IMG/VR virus record: IMGVR_UViG_3300048014_000057
Span: 1 to 64,000 of that record
Source: a virus
Reading direction: 5' to 3' (one strand)
DNA: 64,000 nt
Under the pieces are notes generated by a model that was not told the origin of the DNA, did not search any database, and saw only the letters and a program-made list of their open reading frames with translations. A program made the position numbers and the translations under genes. The number at the start of each line of letters is the position of its first letter. Position 1 is the stretch's first letter. Shown here piece after piece: positions 9,430-17,606 of the stretch.

Positions 9430-10055
9430 TAAAATTTAAAGAATTATTTCAAAAAAAATTAAATGAAAAAAATGGAGATGAAGAAACCGATCCTCTTCAT
9501 TCTTCTTTATCTAGACATTATAAATTTAATGATAAAAATCATAAAGATAATATTTATAAATATACCACTGATTCTTATGCGGTTAATAACCATTTATGGA
9601 AAAAAAATAAGAATTTAGAAGAAACGGATGACGAAAAAGAAAATTTTAACCATCCTCTTACACCAAAAATTAATCATTTAGATTCTGCATTAAATAAGCA
9701 CAAAACTCCTCATTCATTAACTGTTTATTCTGGTACTCGGCATGATCCAAATAAATTAAAAGATGAAAATGGAATTGTCGATCATCCTTCTTATCTTTCT
9801 ACCTCATTAAGTTTAGGAATGGGCAAATCATTTGCAGAAGTACAAAAAGGTAATATTAGGCATGTTATGTGTATTAATGTTCCTAAAGATCATCCTGGGG
9901 CTTATGTTGCAAACATTTCCGATAAACCAGAGGAAAGAGAATTTATTTTACCTAGAGGAACTAGGTTAAAACATGAAGGAACTGATGTACATTCTGAAAA
10001 ACATAAAATATATGGAAATTTAAAGGTTCATTATCATAGGATGTCTATAGTTTGA
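9426..10055 (+). CDS. ADP-ribosyltransferase (VIP2/Alt-like)
   Basis: YT.DSY.VNNHL, TVYSG, YLSTSLS, EEREFILPRG motifs. Confidence 0.85.
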   Translation: MIKFKELFQKKLNEKNGDEETDPLHSSLSRHYKFNDKNHKDNIYKYTTDSYAVNNHLWKKNKNLEETDDEKENFNHPLTPKINHLDSALNKHKTPHSLTVYSGTRHDPNKLKDENGIVDHPSYLSTSLSLGMGKSFAEVQKGNIRHVMCINVPKDHPGAYVANISDKPEEREFILPRGTRLKHEGTDVHSEKHKIYGNLKVHYHRMSIV

Positions 10056-13000
10056 CGAATACATTATTTAGTTATAGAGGTAAAGAAGGTCTAAAGAAAA
10101 GTGGTGCCAAATTAAATTGGACCAAAGAACTTATTGCGGAATATGTAAAATGTCGTGATGATGTTGTATATTTTGCAGAACATTATTTTAAAATTGTGGT
10201 AGAAAAAGGTTTTGAATTAATAAAATTACGTGATTATCAAATAGAAATGCTTAAATCCATGCAGGAAAATAGATTTAGTTTGTTTTGTTGTGCAAGACAA
10301 TCAGGTAAAACCGAGGTATTTCGTATTTTTATTACACATTATATTCTTTTTAATGAATATAAAACTGTTGCTATTTTGGCTAACAAAGCGGAAACTGCCA
10401 GAGAAATTCTTTCTAAATTACAATTATCCTATCAAAATCTTCCTATTTGGCTTCAATTGGCAGTCAAAGACTTTAATAAAGGTACATTTACATTAGAAAA
10501 TAATTCTAGAATTATAGCAACTTCTACTTCGAAAAACTCTGCGCGAGGATTTACGGCACATTGTGTTATACTTGACGAAGCAGCTTTCATTGAAAATTTT
10601 GATGAATTTTATTCGGCAGTTTATCCTGTAATTTCTGCTGGCGTAGAAACAAAAATTATCATGGTTTCTTGTGTTGCAGATGATACTTATATTTTTACCG
10701 ATAAAGGTATAAAACAGGTAAGAGATTTTATTGATAAATCTAAACCAGAAAATCCGAATATTGGTTATGAAATTGAAAATTATTCGGTAGAAGGAAAATC
10801 AGGAATTAATCATGGAAATATTATGGTTAATTCTGGAAAAGCACCAACAAAAATCATAATAAGTAAATCATCCGAAATTGAATGTTCTTATAATCATAAA
10901 TTATGGGCTTGTAAAAATGGAATATTTGATTGGTTTAAATCTGAAGAATTAGAAGAAGGAGACTATATTTCTGTAAAATATGGAATGAATTTATGGGGAA
11001 ATAATGATTTAATAGAATTTAAAAATAAAAATAAAAAAATATGGAGAGATATAAATTATTTTCAATATCCAGAAAAAATTGATAAAAATCTATCTTATTT
11101 TCTAGGTTTATATTTAGCAAAAGGATATACAGATTCTAAAAGAGGTAGAACTATTATAACTTGTGGTGATGATATTTCAGAATCAATTACTAATATCGGA
11201 TTAACTTTTACAAAACATGATAAAGTTCATTATAATATTTCTTCTAAATATTTTACTGAATTTTTAGAAACATTAGGATTTGATACTTCCAAAAAGGCCA
11301 AGGAAAAAACTTTACCTTCTAAAATAATGGAATTATCCGAATATAATATTTGTAATTTTCTATCTGGATATTTTGATGGAGATGGATGTATTACCCAAAA
11401 AGGAAGAATTACCTTAACATCTACTTCAGTAAAAATGATAAAACAAATAAGAATGTTACTTTTAAATTTAGGTATAAGAACACAATTATATAATCGTTTT
11501 ACGGTTCCTTCTAAAAAAGTTAGAGTTTCTTCTCACGTCTGGATATTAGAAATATGTTCGTATGAAGATATTAAATTATTCTCGGAAAAAATAGGATTTA
11601 GATTAAAAAGAAAATCAGATAGATTTATATTCAATAAACCTCCTTCCAAAAATATTACCAAGGATATTATTCCTTGGGGAAGAGAATATTTTAAAAATAA
11701 AGGTTTTGAAATAAAAGAAACATCTGATCTAAAAAGAATTCCTCATATTTCTAGAAAAAAATGTTTAGAAATAGAAAATCTAAGACAATTTGATTCTATA
11801 TTAGATGAAAAAATCTGTTGGGAAAAAATAAAAAAAATAGAAAATTCAGAAAATTATGTCTATGATTTTTCTTTAAATGATATAGAAAATGATTCTTGGT
11901 GCCATTCTGTTCTTTACAACGGAATTGTAGGACATCAGACACCAAATTCCTTAAACCATTTTTACGATTTTTGGCAAGGAGCACAGGCGGGAACTAATGG
12001 GTTTAATCCTATATTTGTTCCTTGGTATAGAGTTCCTGGTAGAGATGAAAAATGGAAAAAACAAACACTTGAAGGTATTAATAATGATCTAGAAAAATTT
12101 GCAGTTGAATTCGAATGTTCTTTCATTGGTTCATCTTCTACTTTAATATCTGGTCATAAATTAAAACAATTAATAACTATGTATAAACAACCATTAGTAA
12201 AAGATGATAATTTAAAATTAAATATGTATGAAAGACCTATTGGTGAATTGGTAAGAATGAATGATAATGTAAAAGAAGTTTTACCACCACATAAATATTT
12301 TCTTATTGCAGATGTATCCAGAGGAAAAGGATCAGATTATTCTGCATTTTCTGTTATTGATTGTACAGAACTTCCTTATAAACAAGTTTGTACATTTAGA
12401 GACAATGAGATATCTCCTGCTGATTATGCAGAAATAATTTATAAAACAGCTACTATTTATAATGCAGCCAATGTATTAGTAGAAATTAATGATATTGGAG
12501 AACAAATTGGTTATATGTTAATGATGGAATTTGGTTATGAAAATGTTCTTTGTACAGAAACATCTTCAACAAAAGGTAAAAGAATAACTTTTGGAGGCAA
12601 AAAAGCAGACAAAGGAATTAGAACTACTAAATTTGTTAAAGCTCTTGGGTGTTCTTTTCTTAAACTTCTCATAGAACAAGATAAAATTTTAATATATGAT
12701 CAAGAAACAGTCAATGAATTAACAACATTTTCCAAGAAAAAATTATCCTATGAAGCTGAACATGGAAAACATGATGATTTAGTCATGGGTTTGGTTTTAT
12801 TTGCATGGCTTACGGATCAAAATTATTTTAAAGAATTTACTGAAATTAATACTATTATGTCTTTTCGAGAAAATAACGAAGAAGACATTAATAATAAATT
12901 AACACCATTTGGATTTATTCATGGAATTTTAGGACCACCAAAAAAATATAAAGAATATTATGAAATTCATAATATGAATATTCCATTCAGAGAATTTGTG

Positions 13001-13078
13001 GAAGAAGTTGAAATTGGTAGAAGAGAAATATTTGATAATGTAGTTTGGGAATATGCGGAATATAATCCCAGATATTAA
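10052..13078 (+). CDS. gp17: Terminase large subunit gp17 with intein
   Basis: LRDYQ, ARQSGKT Walker A, ILDEAAF Walker B, ADVSRGKGSDYS nuclease motif, HDDLVM. Confidence 0.97.
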   Translation: MTNTLFSYRGKEGLKKSGAKLNWTKELIAEYVKCRDDVVYFAEHYFKIVVEKGFELIKLRDYQIEMLKSMQENRFSLFCCARQSGKTEVFRIFITHYILFNEYKTVAILANKAETAREILSKLQLSYQNLPIWLQLAVKDFNKGTFTLENNSRIIATSTSKNSARGFTAHCVILDEAAFIENFDEFYSAVYPVISAGVETKIIMVSCVADDTYIFTDKGIKQVRDFIDKSKPENPNIGYEIENYSVEGKSGINHGNIMVNSGKAPTKIIISKSSEIECSYNHKLWACKNGIFDWFKSEELEEGDYISVKYGMNLWGNNDLIEFKNKNKKIWRDINYFQYPEKIDKNLSYFLGLYLAKGYTDSKRGRTIITCGDDISESITNIGLTFTKHDKVHYNISSKYFTEFLETLGFDTSKKAKEKTLPSKIMELSEYNICNFLSGYFDGDGCITQKGRITLTSTSVKMIKQIRMLLLNLGIRTQLYNRFTVPSKKVRVSSHVWILEICSYEDIKLFSEKIGFRLKRKSDRFIFNKPPSKNITKDIIPWGREYFKNKGFEIKETSDLKRIPHISRKKCLEIENLRQFDSILDEKICWEKIKKIENSENYVYDFSLNDIENDSWCHSVLYNGIVGHQTPNSLNHFYDFWQGAQAGTNGFNPIFVPWYRVPGRDEKWKKQTLEGINNDLEKFAVEFECSFIGSSSTLISGHKLKQLITMYKQPLVKDDNLKLNMYERPIGELVRMNDNVKEVLPPHKYFLIADVSRGKGSDYSAFSVIDCTELPYKQVCTFRDNEISPADYAEIIYKTATIYNAANVLVEINDIGEQIGYMLMMEFGYENVLCTETSSTKGKRITFGGKKADKGIRTTKFVKALGCSFLKLLIEQDKILIYDQETVNELTTFSKKKLSYEAEHGKHDDLVMGLVLFAWLTDQNYFKEFTEINTIMSFRENNEEDINNKLTPFGFIHGILGPPKKYKEYYEIHNMNIPFREFVEEVEIGRREIFDNVVWEYAEYNPRY
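10670..11938 (+). mobile_element. Intein (423 aa) with LAGLIDADG endonuclease, C-terminal His-Gln
   Basis: KIIMVS|CVADDT ... NGIVGHQ|TPN restores the conserved S-T-P-N coupling motif. Internal FLGLYLAKG and FLSGYFDGDG. Confidence 0.92.
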
Positions 13079-13084
13079 AAATAA

Positions 13085-13145
13085 AAAATAAAAAAAAATA
13101 TAAAAACTTTCACCTACTTAAGGAAATTTTTGAAAGTTTTTATAT
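13085..13145 (-). terminator. Intrinsic terminator
   Basis: 15-bp inverted repeat 13098-13112/13131-13145 followed on the minus strand by long T-runs. Confidence 0.75.
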
Positions 13146-13633
13146 AAGAGATGGTTCCTATTATCTGACATTTTAAGGAACATTCTACTTGTCAATGAGC
13201 TAGTCAGTCTTTCGCCATTGACCAAAGAATTCTTCACAGAACCTTGGCATCTCTTAAGGAAGCATTCTGTCACGTTAGCCTCTATTTTAGGCTTCTTAAA
13301 TTCCCTGACAGATGGGCGATAGCTAGACACTATCCTTTTTCCACATGCTTCATTAAGAGAGAACAGTTATATAAAGGATGTTCAGCCTTTAGTAAATCTT
13401 TTTTAACGAGGGGTTACAATTCATCCTCACATGATAGGGTCTACATTTTAGTCTCCTGGGTTAATATCCTGATTTTTATCCTTTCAAAAACCAGTAAAAA
13501 ACTTGTTTATTATTCCAATATATAATTTTATATTTTTGCCATTTATGAGTATCTAGGAAAAATTAAACCATGATAACCTCATATTTATTTAGGTTAATCT
13601 GCTAGATTTTAGTTTGTTCTCTCTTGAACGTCC
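13090..13633 (-). ncRNA. Putative large structured ncRNA (~540 nt), family unassigned
   Basis: Bounded by late-promoter motif GATAAATA (13641-13634) and a 15-bp hairpin plus T-run. More than ten complementary segments; no credible ORF. Confidence 0.7.
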
Positions 13634-13641
13634 TATTTATC
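13634..13641 (-). promoter_or_regulatory. T4-type late promoter (G/A)ATAAATA
   Basis: Same motif precedes tmRNA (43851-43858), tRNA-Asn (51793-51800), gp18 (14932-14939) and gp23 (32535-32542); resembles the T4 gp55 TATAAATA box. Confidence 0.7.
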
Positions 13642-13647
13642 TCACAT

Positions 13648-14022
13648 TCAAGTTTCTAAGTCAACACCTTTTTCCTTAAAAACTTCAAAATAAATGTCTA
13701 TATCATCATTAGAAATATAATCTTTTAGATATAAATCTTCCATTTTTCTTCTTTTTTGTTCAAGATAATTAATATCTCTAATAATATTTCTCATAGAAAA
13801 ATTTAAAACTAATATATTTTTTAGATGATAAAAAGTTTTGGAAAAATTTTCTCCAAATAAATCTTCTAAAGAATGTAGATATTCTTCTTTAGTTTTTTTG
13901 GAATTATAAGCATATCTTGCATCATTTTCCCAACGAAAAAATTCTTCTATTTTTGTAAACTCACAAGTATTAAGAAAATATTGTGCTTCTTGACCTTGTA
14001 CTATTAAATTTCCATTTTTCAT
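13648..14022 (-). CDS. Hypothetical protein
   Basis: 124-aa ORF coupled to the upstream endonuclease gene. Confidence 0.6.
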   Translation of the reverse strand: MKNGNLIVQGQEAQYFLNTCEFTKIEEFFRWENDARYAYNSKKTKEEYLHSLEDLFGENFSKTFYHLKNILVLNFSMRNIIRDINYLEQKRRKMEDLYLKDYISNDDIDIYFEVFKEKGVDLET

Positions 14023-14831
14023 TTTAGTCTTCCTTTTATAAAACCATTATTAATATAATTTTCAAATTCTTCTTTTTTGATAATTTTTGTTACTATCTCA
14101 TTATTAATCTGAATTCTCCCTTTTATAGAATTTTCAGGATTAAATTTCTTTTCTTTCATTGTTATTCCTTTTCTATAACCCAATGAAATATAAAAATCAA
14201 GCATTTCTTCATCTACTTGGGTATTATGTACCCCATTGGTTATTCTAATTTTTCCAAATAAAGGATTTTTAGAACCAGATAATTTTCCTTTATTAGCCTG
14301 AGAAATTTTATTTTTAGTTTCTTGGGAATGTGGAATATCTTTATTATAAGCTGGTTTACCAAAAAAAGGATGATTTTTCCCTACCATAAGTCCCATATGT
14401 GCTTCTGATTTCTTTTTTCTGGTTTCTTTGGATTCTTTTTTTCCATATTTAGGATGATTTTCACCAAATTGTCCTTTTAGTCCACCGATTTTTCCAAAAT
14501 TAGGATTCGTATTACCAAACATTTCTCTTCCAAAAAATCCATTAGGTGCAGCCAAAGACATATTAATATAGTTTTCAGATTTTACTACATCACAACCGAT
14601 TTGTAATTCATATTCTGATTGTAATGCTTCCTCACGAGTTTCGAATTCCTTGATTATTTCACTTTTGAATAATTCAGGATGCTCTTTTAATTCAGATTTC
14701 CAAATATCTTTATATTTCATAGATTTTACACTTCCATGATACCCATTTTTTATTTTTTCCATGGAAGTAGAACCAAGATACCACTTAGGTAATTTATCTC
14801 CTGAATAAGTTGTTAAATACGTACAATACAT
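14019..14831 (-). CDS. GIY-YIG-type homing endonuclease with NUMOD3 repeats
   Basis: YCTY.TTY...WYLGS, Y.GS, E.A...E, YIN; NUMOD3 repeats (HP.YGKK.SKETRKKKSE, HSQETKNKISQA). Confidence 0.85.
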   Translation of the reverse strand: MYCTYLTTYSGDKLPKWYLGSTSMEKIKNGYHGSVKSMKYKDIWKSELKEHPELFKSEIIKEFETREEALQSEYELQIGCDVVKSENYINMSLAAPNGFFGREMFGNTNPNFGKIGGLKGQFGENHPKYGKKESKETRKKKSEAHMGLMVGKNHPFFGKPAYNKDIPHSQETKNKISQANKGKLSGSKNPLFGKIRITNGVHNTQVDEEMLDFYISLGYRKGITMKEKKFNPENSIKGRIQINNEIVTKIIKKEEFENYINNGFIKGRLK

Positions 14832-14983
14832 TTAATTATTATTTTTCCTTTCTTTTTTTAATATTGGTAATCTAACTTCGTAAATGAAAATGAGTCAAGA
14901 AAAATTCCCATAATTCTAAAAATCCTATAATAATAAATAATTTAGAAAACAATTAGAATTATTAGAAGGAGTTATATCAAACC

Positions 14984-17095
14984 ATGACGTTTAATTTATC
15001 CCCCGGCATTTATTTTACGGAAGTGGATCTCTCGCAGTTCGTTTCTGGTGTATCATCTTCACAGGGCGCAATTAGTGGAATTTTTAAATGGGGTCCACTT
15101 TTTGAACCATATCTTATTTCTTCGGAATCACAATTATTAAATGTATTTGGTCCTCCTTCAAATCTTAATGCAGAAACTTGGTTTTCTGGTGCAAATTTCT
15201 TGGGTTATACTAATGCTCTTTGGGTGACAAGAACTGCTAATACGACTGCTAATACTTCTAATGCGGCTTATAATGCTGTTGCAAATACTGGTAACGTAGC
15301 TAATATTCTTAATAACGTGGTTCTTAATCAACTTACGTTTGCCAATCAACAATTTACAGATACAAATGTTCTTTATATTGCAAGATATGCTGGTTCTATG
15401 GGAAATTCTCTAAGAATTGCACAATGTGATTCTCCTAACGCATATTCTTCCAATGTTTCTCTTTCAGGAACAGTTATTGCAGGAAATGGTGTAGGTAATT
15501 CTTATACCGGAATGTTATCAGTTAATATTGGAGCAAATACGGGTACTATTGTTATTACCCCCACAACTGGTTCTAATGTTGCTGTAGGAAATACTTTTGC
15601 TTCTACTCTTATTCAAGATTTTACTGTAGGAGATAATATTCTCATTGGAAATACTTCTCTTGGAACTTCTTATACAACTCCATTAAAAATTACTGCTATT
15701 TCCAATGCTATTACAAATTCTACTGCTACACTTATTAATTTATCTTTTAATAATCCTTCAAGATTAGCCTATAATTATTCTGCAAATACTGTAAAACGAT
15801 ATTGGGAATTTTATAATCAGGTTAATACGGGTCCGGGTGAAACTGCATCTGTTCTTGCAATTACTTCTAATTCTTCTCTTGTGGATCAATTAAGTATAGT
15901 TGTGGTTGATCAGCAAGGATCATTTTCGGGTGTACCAGGAACTATTCTTGAAATCTGGAATAATCTTTCATATGCAATAGATGCTATAAATGCGGATGGT
16001 TCTACTAATTATTATAAAACTGTTCTTAATACACAGTCACAATATCTTTGGTGTGTTAATGATAGAAATGGAATTACTTCGGCAAATTCTATTAATTTAG
16101 TAAATTCTACCAATCAAAATCCTCTTTCTCTTCAATTTAATCTTGGACAGGATGGAGATGCAGAAGGAATTGCGCCATTACAGACTCTTGCAAATGGATG
16201 GCAATTATTTACTAATAAAGCCTATCCTATTTCTTATATTATTCAAGGTAAAGCCATAAGCGGTACTGGTGTTTATAACGGAGCTTCATATAATAACTTT
16301 CAATTAACAAATTGGCTTGTTCAAAACGTAGTTGCACCAAGAAAATATGATTCTATTGTTTTTGCTTCACCAGATATTGCAACAGTTGTTAATAATTCTG
16401 GATTTGAACAACAATCAATAGCAGGATGGACTTCTTTCTTAAATGCTTCTACTTATCTATTCATTGATTCTGGTTATTTTAGTATGTATGATAGATATAA
16501 TAACATTTATCGTTGGATACCTCTTAATGGAAGTATTGCAGGAACAAGAGCCTATACAGATGGTATTTCCTATCCTTGGTTTTCCAATGCTGGTATTAAT
16601 AATGGTTTAATTAATAATGTGACTAAACTTGCCTATAATCCAAATGAAACTGATAGAGATTACTTATATCCTCTTGGTATTAATCCTGTTATTTCCGAGG
16701 CTGGTTATGGAACTTATCTTGATGGTGATAGAATGTTTACCCAAGTTAATACAGCTTTCAATAGAATAAATGTTAGAAATCTATTCATTTATTGTGAACA
16801 GGCTATTGTTAAAGCTACTAAAGTAATTCTATTTGATATAAATGACGTATTTACTCAGAATCAATTTAAAAATATGGTTAATCCATTTCTTAAGGGTATT
16901 GTTGGTGCAAGAGGTATTACCGATTTCGTGGTTATTTGTGATGCTACTAATAATACTCCACAAGTTGTTGATAATAACCAATTTATTGCTGGAATATACA
17001 TAAAACCTAGTCGGGTCATCGATTTTATTCGCTTAGACTTCGTGGCTGTTAGCGATACGGTTTCATTTGCCGAGATTGAGTCATCAGCTTACTAG
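14984..17095 (+). CDS. gp18: Tail sheath protein gp18
   Basis: LSPGIY..EVDL, F.WGP, AFNRINVR.LF, FVVICD.TNNTP.VVD.N.F...IYIKP.R.IDFI.L.FVA. Confidence 0.97.
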   Translation: MTFNLSPGIYFTEVDLSQFVSGVSSSQGAISGIFKWGPLFEPYLISSESQLLNVFGPPSNLNAETWFSGANFLGYTNALWVTRTANTTANTSNAAYNAVANTGNVANILNNVVLNQLTFANQQFTDTNVLYIARYAGSMGNSLRIAQCDSPNAYSSNVSLSGTVIAGNGVGNSYTGMLSVNIGANTGTIVITPTTGSNVAVGNTFASTLIQDFTVGDNILIGNTSLGTSYTTPLKITAISNAITNSTATLINLSFNNPSRLAYNYSANTVKRYWEFYNQVNTGPGETASVLAITSNSSLVDQLSIVVVDQQGSFSGVPGTILEIWNNLSYAIDAINADGSTNYYKTVLNTQSQYLWCVNDRNGITSANSINLVNSTNQNPLSLQFNLGQDGDAEGIAPLQTLANGWQLFTNKAYPISYIIQGKAISGTGVYNGASYNNFQLTNWLVQNVVAPRKYDSIVFASPDIATVVNNSGFEQQSIAGWTSFLNASTYLFIDSGYFSMYDRYNNIYRWIPLNGSIAGTRAYTDGISYPWFSNAGINNGLINNVTKLAYNPNETDRDYLYPLGINPVISEAGYGTYLDGDRMFTQVNTAFNRINVRNLFIYCEQAIVKATKVILFDINDVFTQNQFKNMVNPFLKGIVGARGITDFVVICDATNNTPQVVDNNQFIAGIYIKPSRVIDFIRLDFVAVSDTVSFAEIESSAY

Positions 17096-17174
17096 TTGCA
17101 TTTTTGCAACACTTTTAAAATAAATATTTTGTAAGAATAAAAAAAGTAGAAAATACAACTTATTTCTTGCATGA

Positions 17175-17222
17175 AAAAATTAACTCCTAGTATATGTCAT
17201 AATAAACTAGGAGTTAATTTTT
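17175..17222 (+). promoter_or_regulatory. RBS-sequestering hairpin upstream of a homing endonuclease gene
   Basis: AAAAATTAACTCCTAG...CTAGGAGTTAATTTTT inverted repeat containing AGGAG just before ATG 17225. Confidence 0.7.
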
Positions 17223-17224
17223 AA

Positions 17225-17536
17225 ATGAAAAACGATTATGGTTTTGTATATATTTGGTTTGATAAAAAGAAAAAAAGATATTATATTGGAAGTCATTGGG
17301 GAACAGAAGATGATGGTTATATTTGTTCTTCTGATTGGATGTTAAATTCTAAAAAAAGAAGACCAGAAGATTTTAAAAGAAGAGTTATTTCAAAAATTTA
17401 CACTAATAGACAAGATTTATTTTTAAAAGAACAAGAATGGATTAATTTAATTAAACCAGAAGAAATTAGTAAACGTTATTATAATTTACAATTAAGAGTA
17501 CATCATTGGGCTCAATATCCTGATAAAATCAAATAA
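17225..17536 (+). CDS. Seg-like GIY-YIG endonuclease (catalytic domain only; possibly truncated)
   Basis: GFVYIW...YYIGSH.G...DGYICSS, EQ.W, YYNL. Confidence 0.8.
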   Translation: MKNDYGFVYIWFDKKKKRYYIGSHWGTEDDGYICSSDWMLNSKKRRPEDFKRRVISKIYTNRQDLFLKEQEWINLIKPEEISKRYYNLQLRVHHWAQYPDKIK

Positions 17537-17551
17537 GGTTTGATATAAGAC

Positions 17552-17598
17552 TTGACATTCTAATCCTTTCTGTTATAATAAAAAAATTAACAGAAAGG
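17552..17598 (+). promoter_or_regulatory. Sigma70 promoter overlapping an RBS-sequestering hairpin
   Basis: TTGACA-N16-TATAAT; CCTTTCTGTTA/TAACAGAAAGG 11-bp stem covers the AAAGG RBS of 17607. Confidence 0.75.
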
Positions 17599-17606
17599 TT
17601 TTTTAT

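Noticed and set aside
13118-13525. ORFs 13118..13330 and 13244..13525
   Set aside because: No RBS, atypical composition, mutually overlapping; better explained as chance frames in a structured RNA.
13090-13633. Group I/II intron or RNase P RNA
   Set aside because: GAGACTA resembles a P7 strand, but no matching downstream TAGTC, no flanking exons, no domain V and no RNase P P4 motifs were found by eye. A covariance search is still needed.
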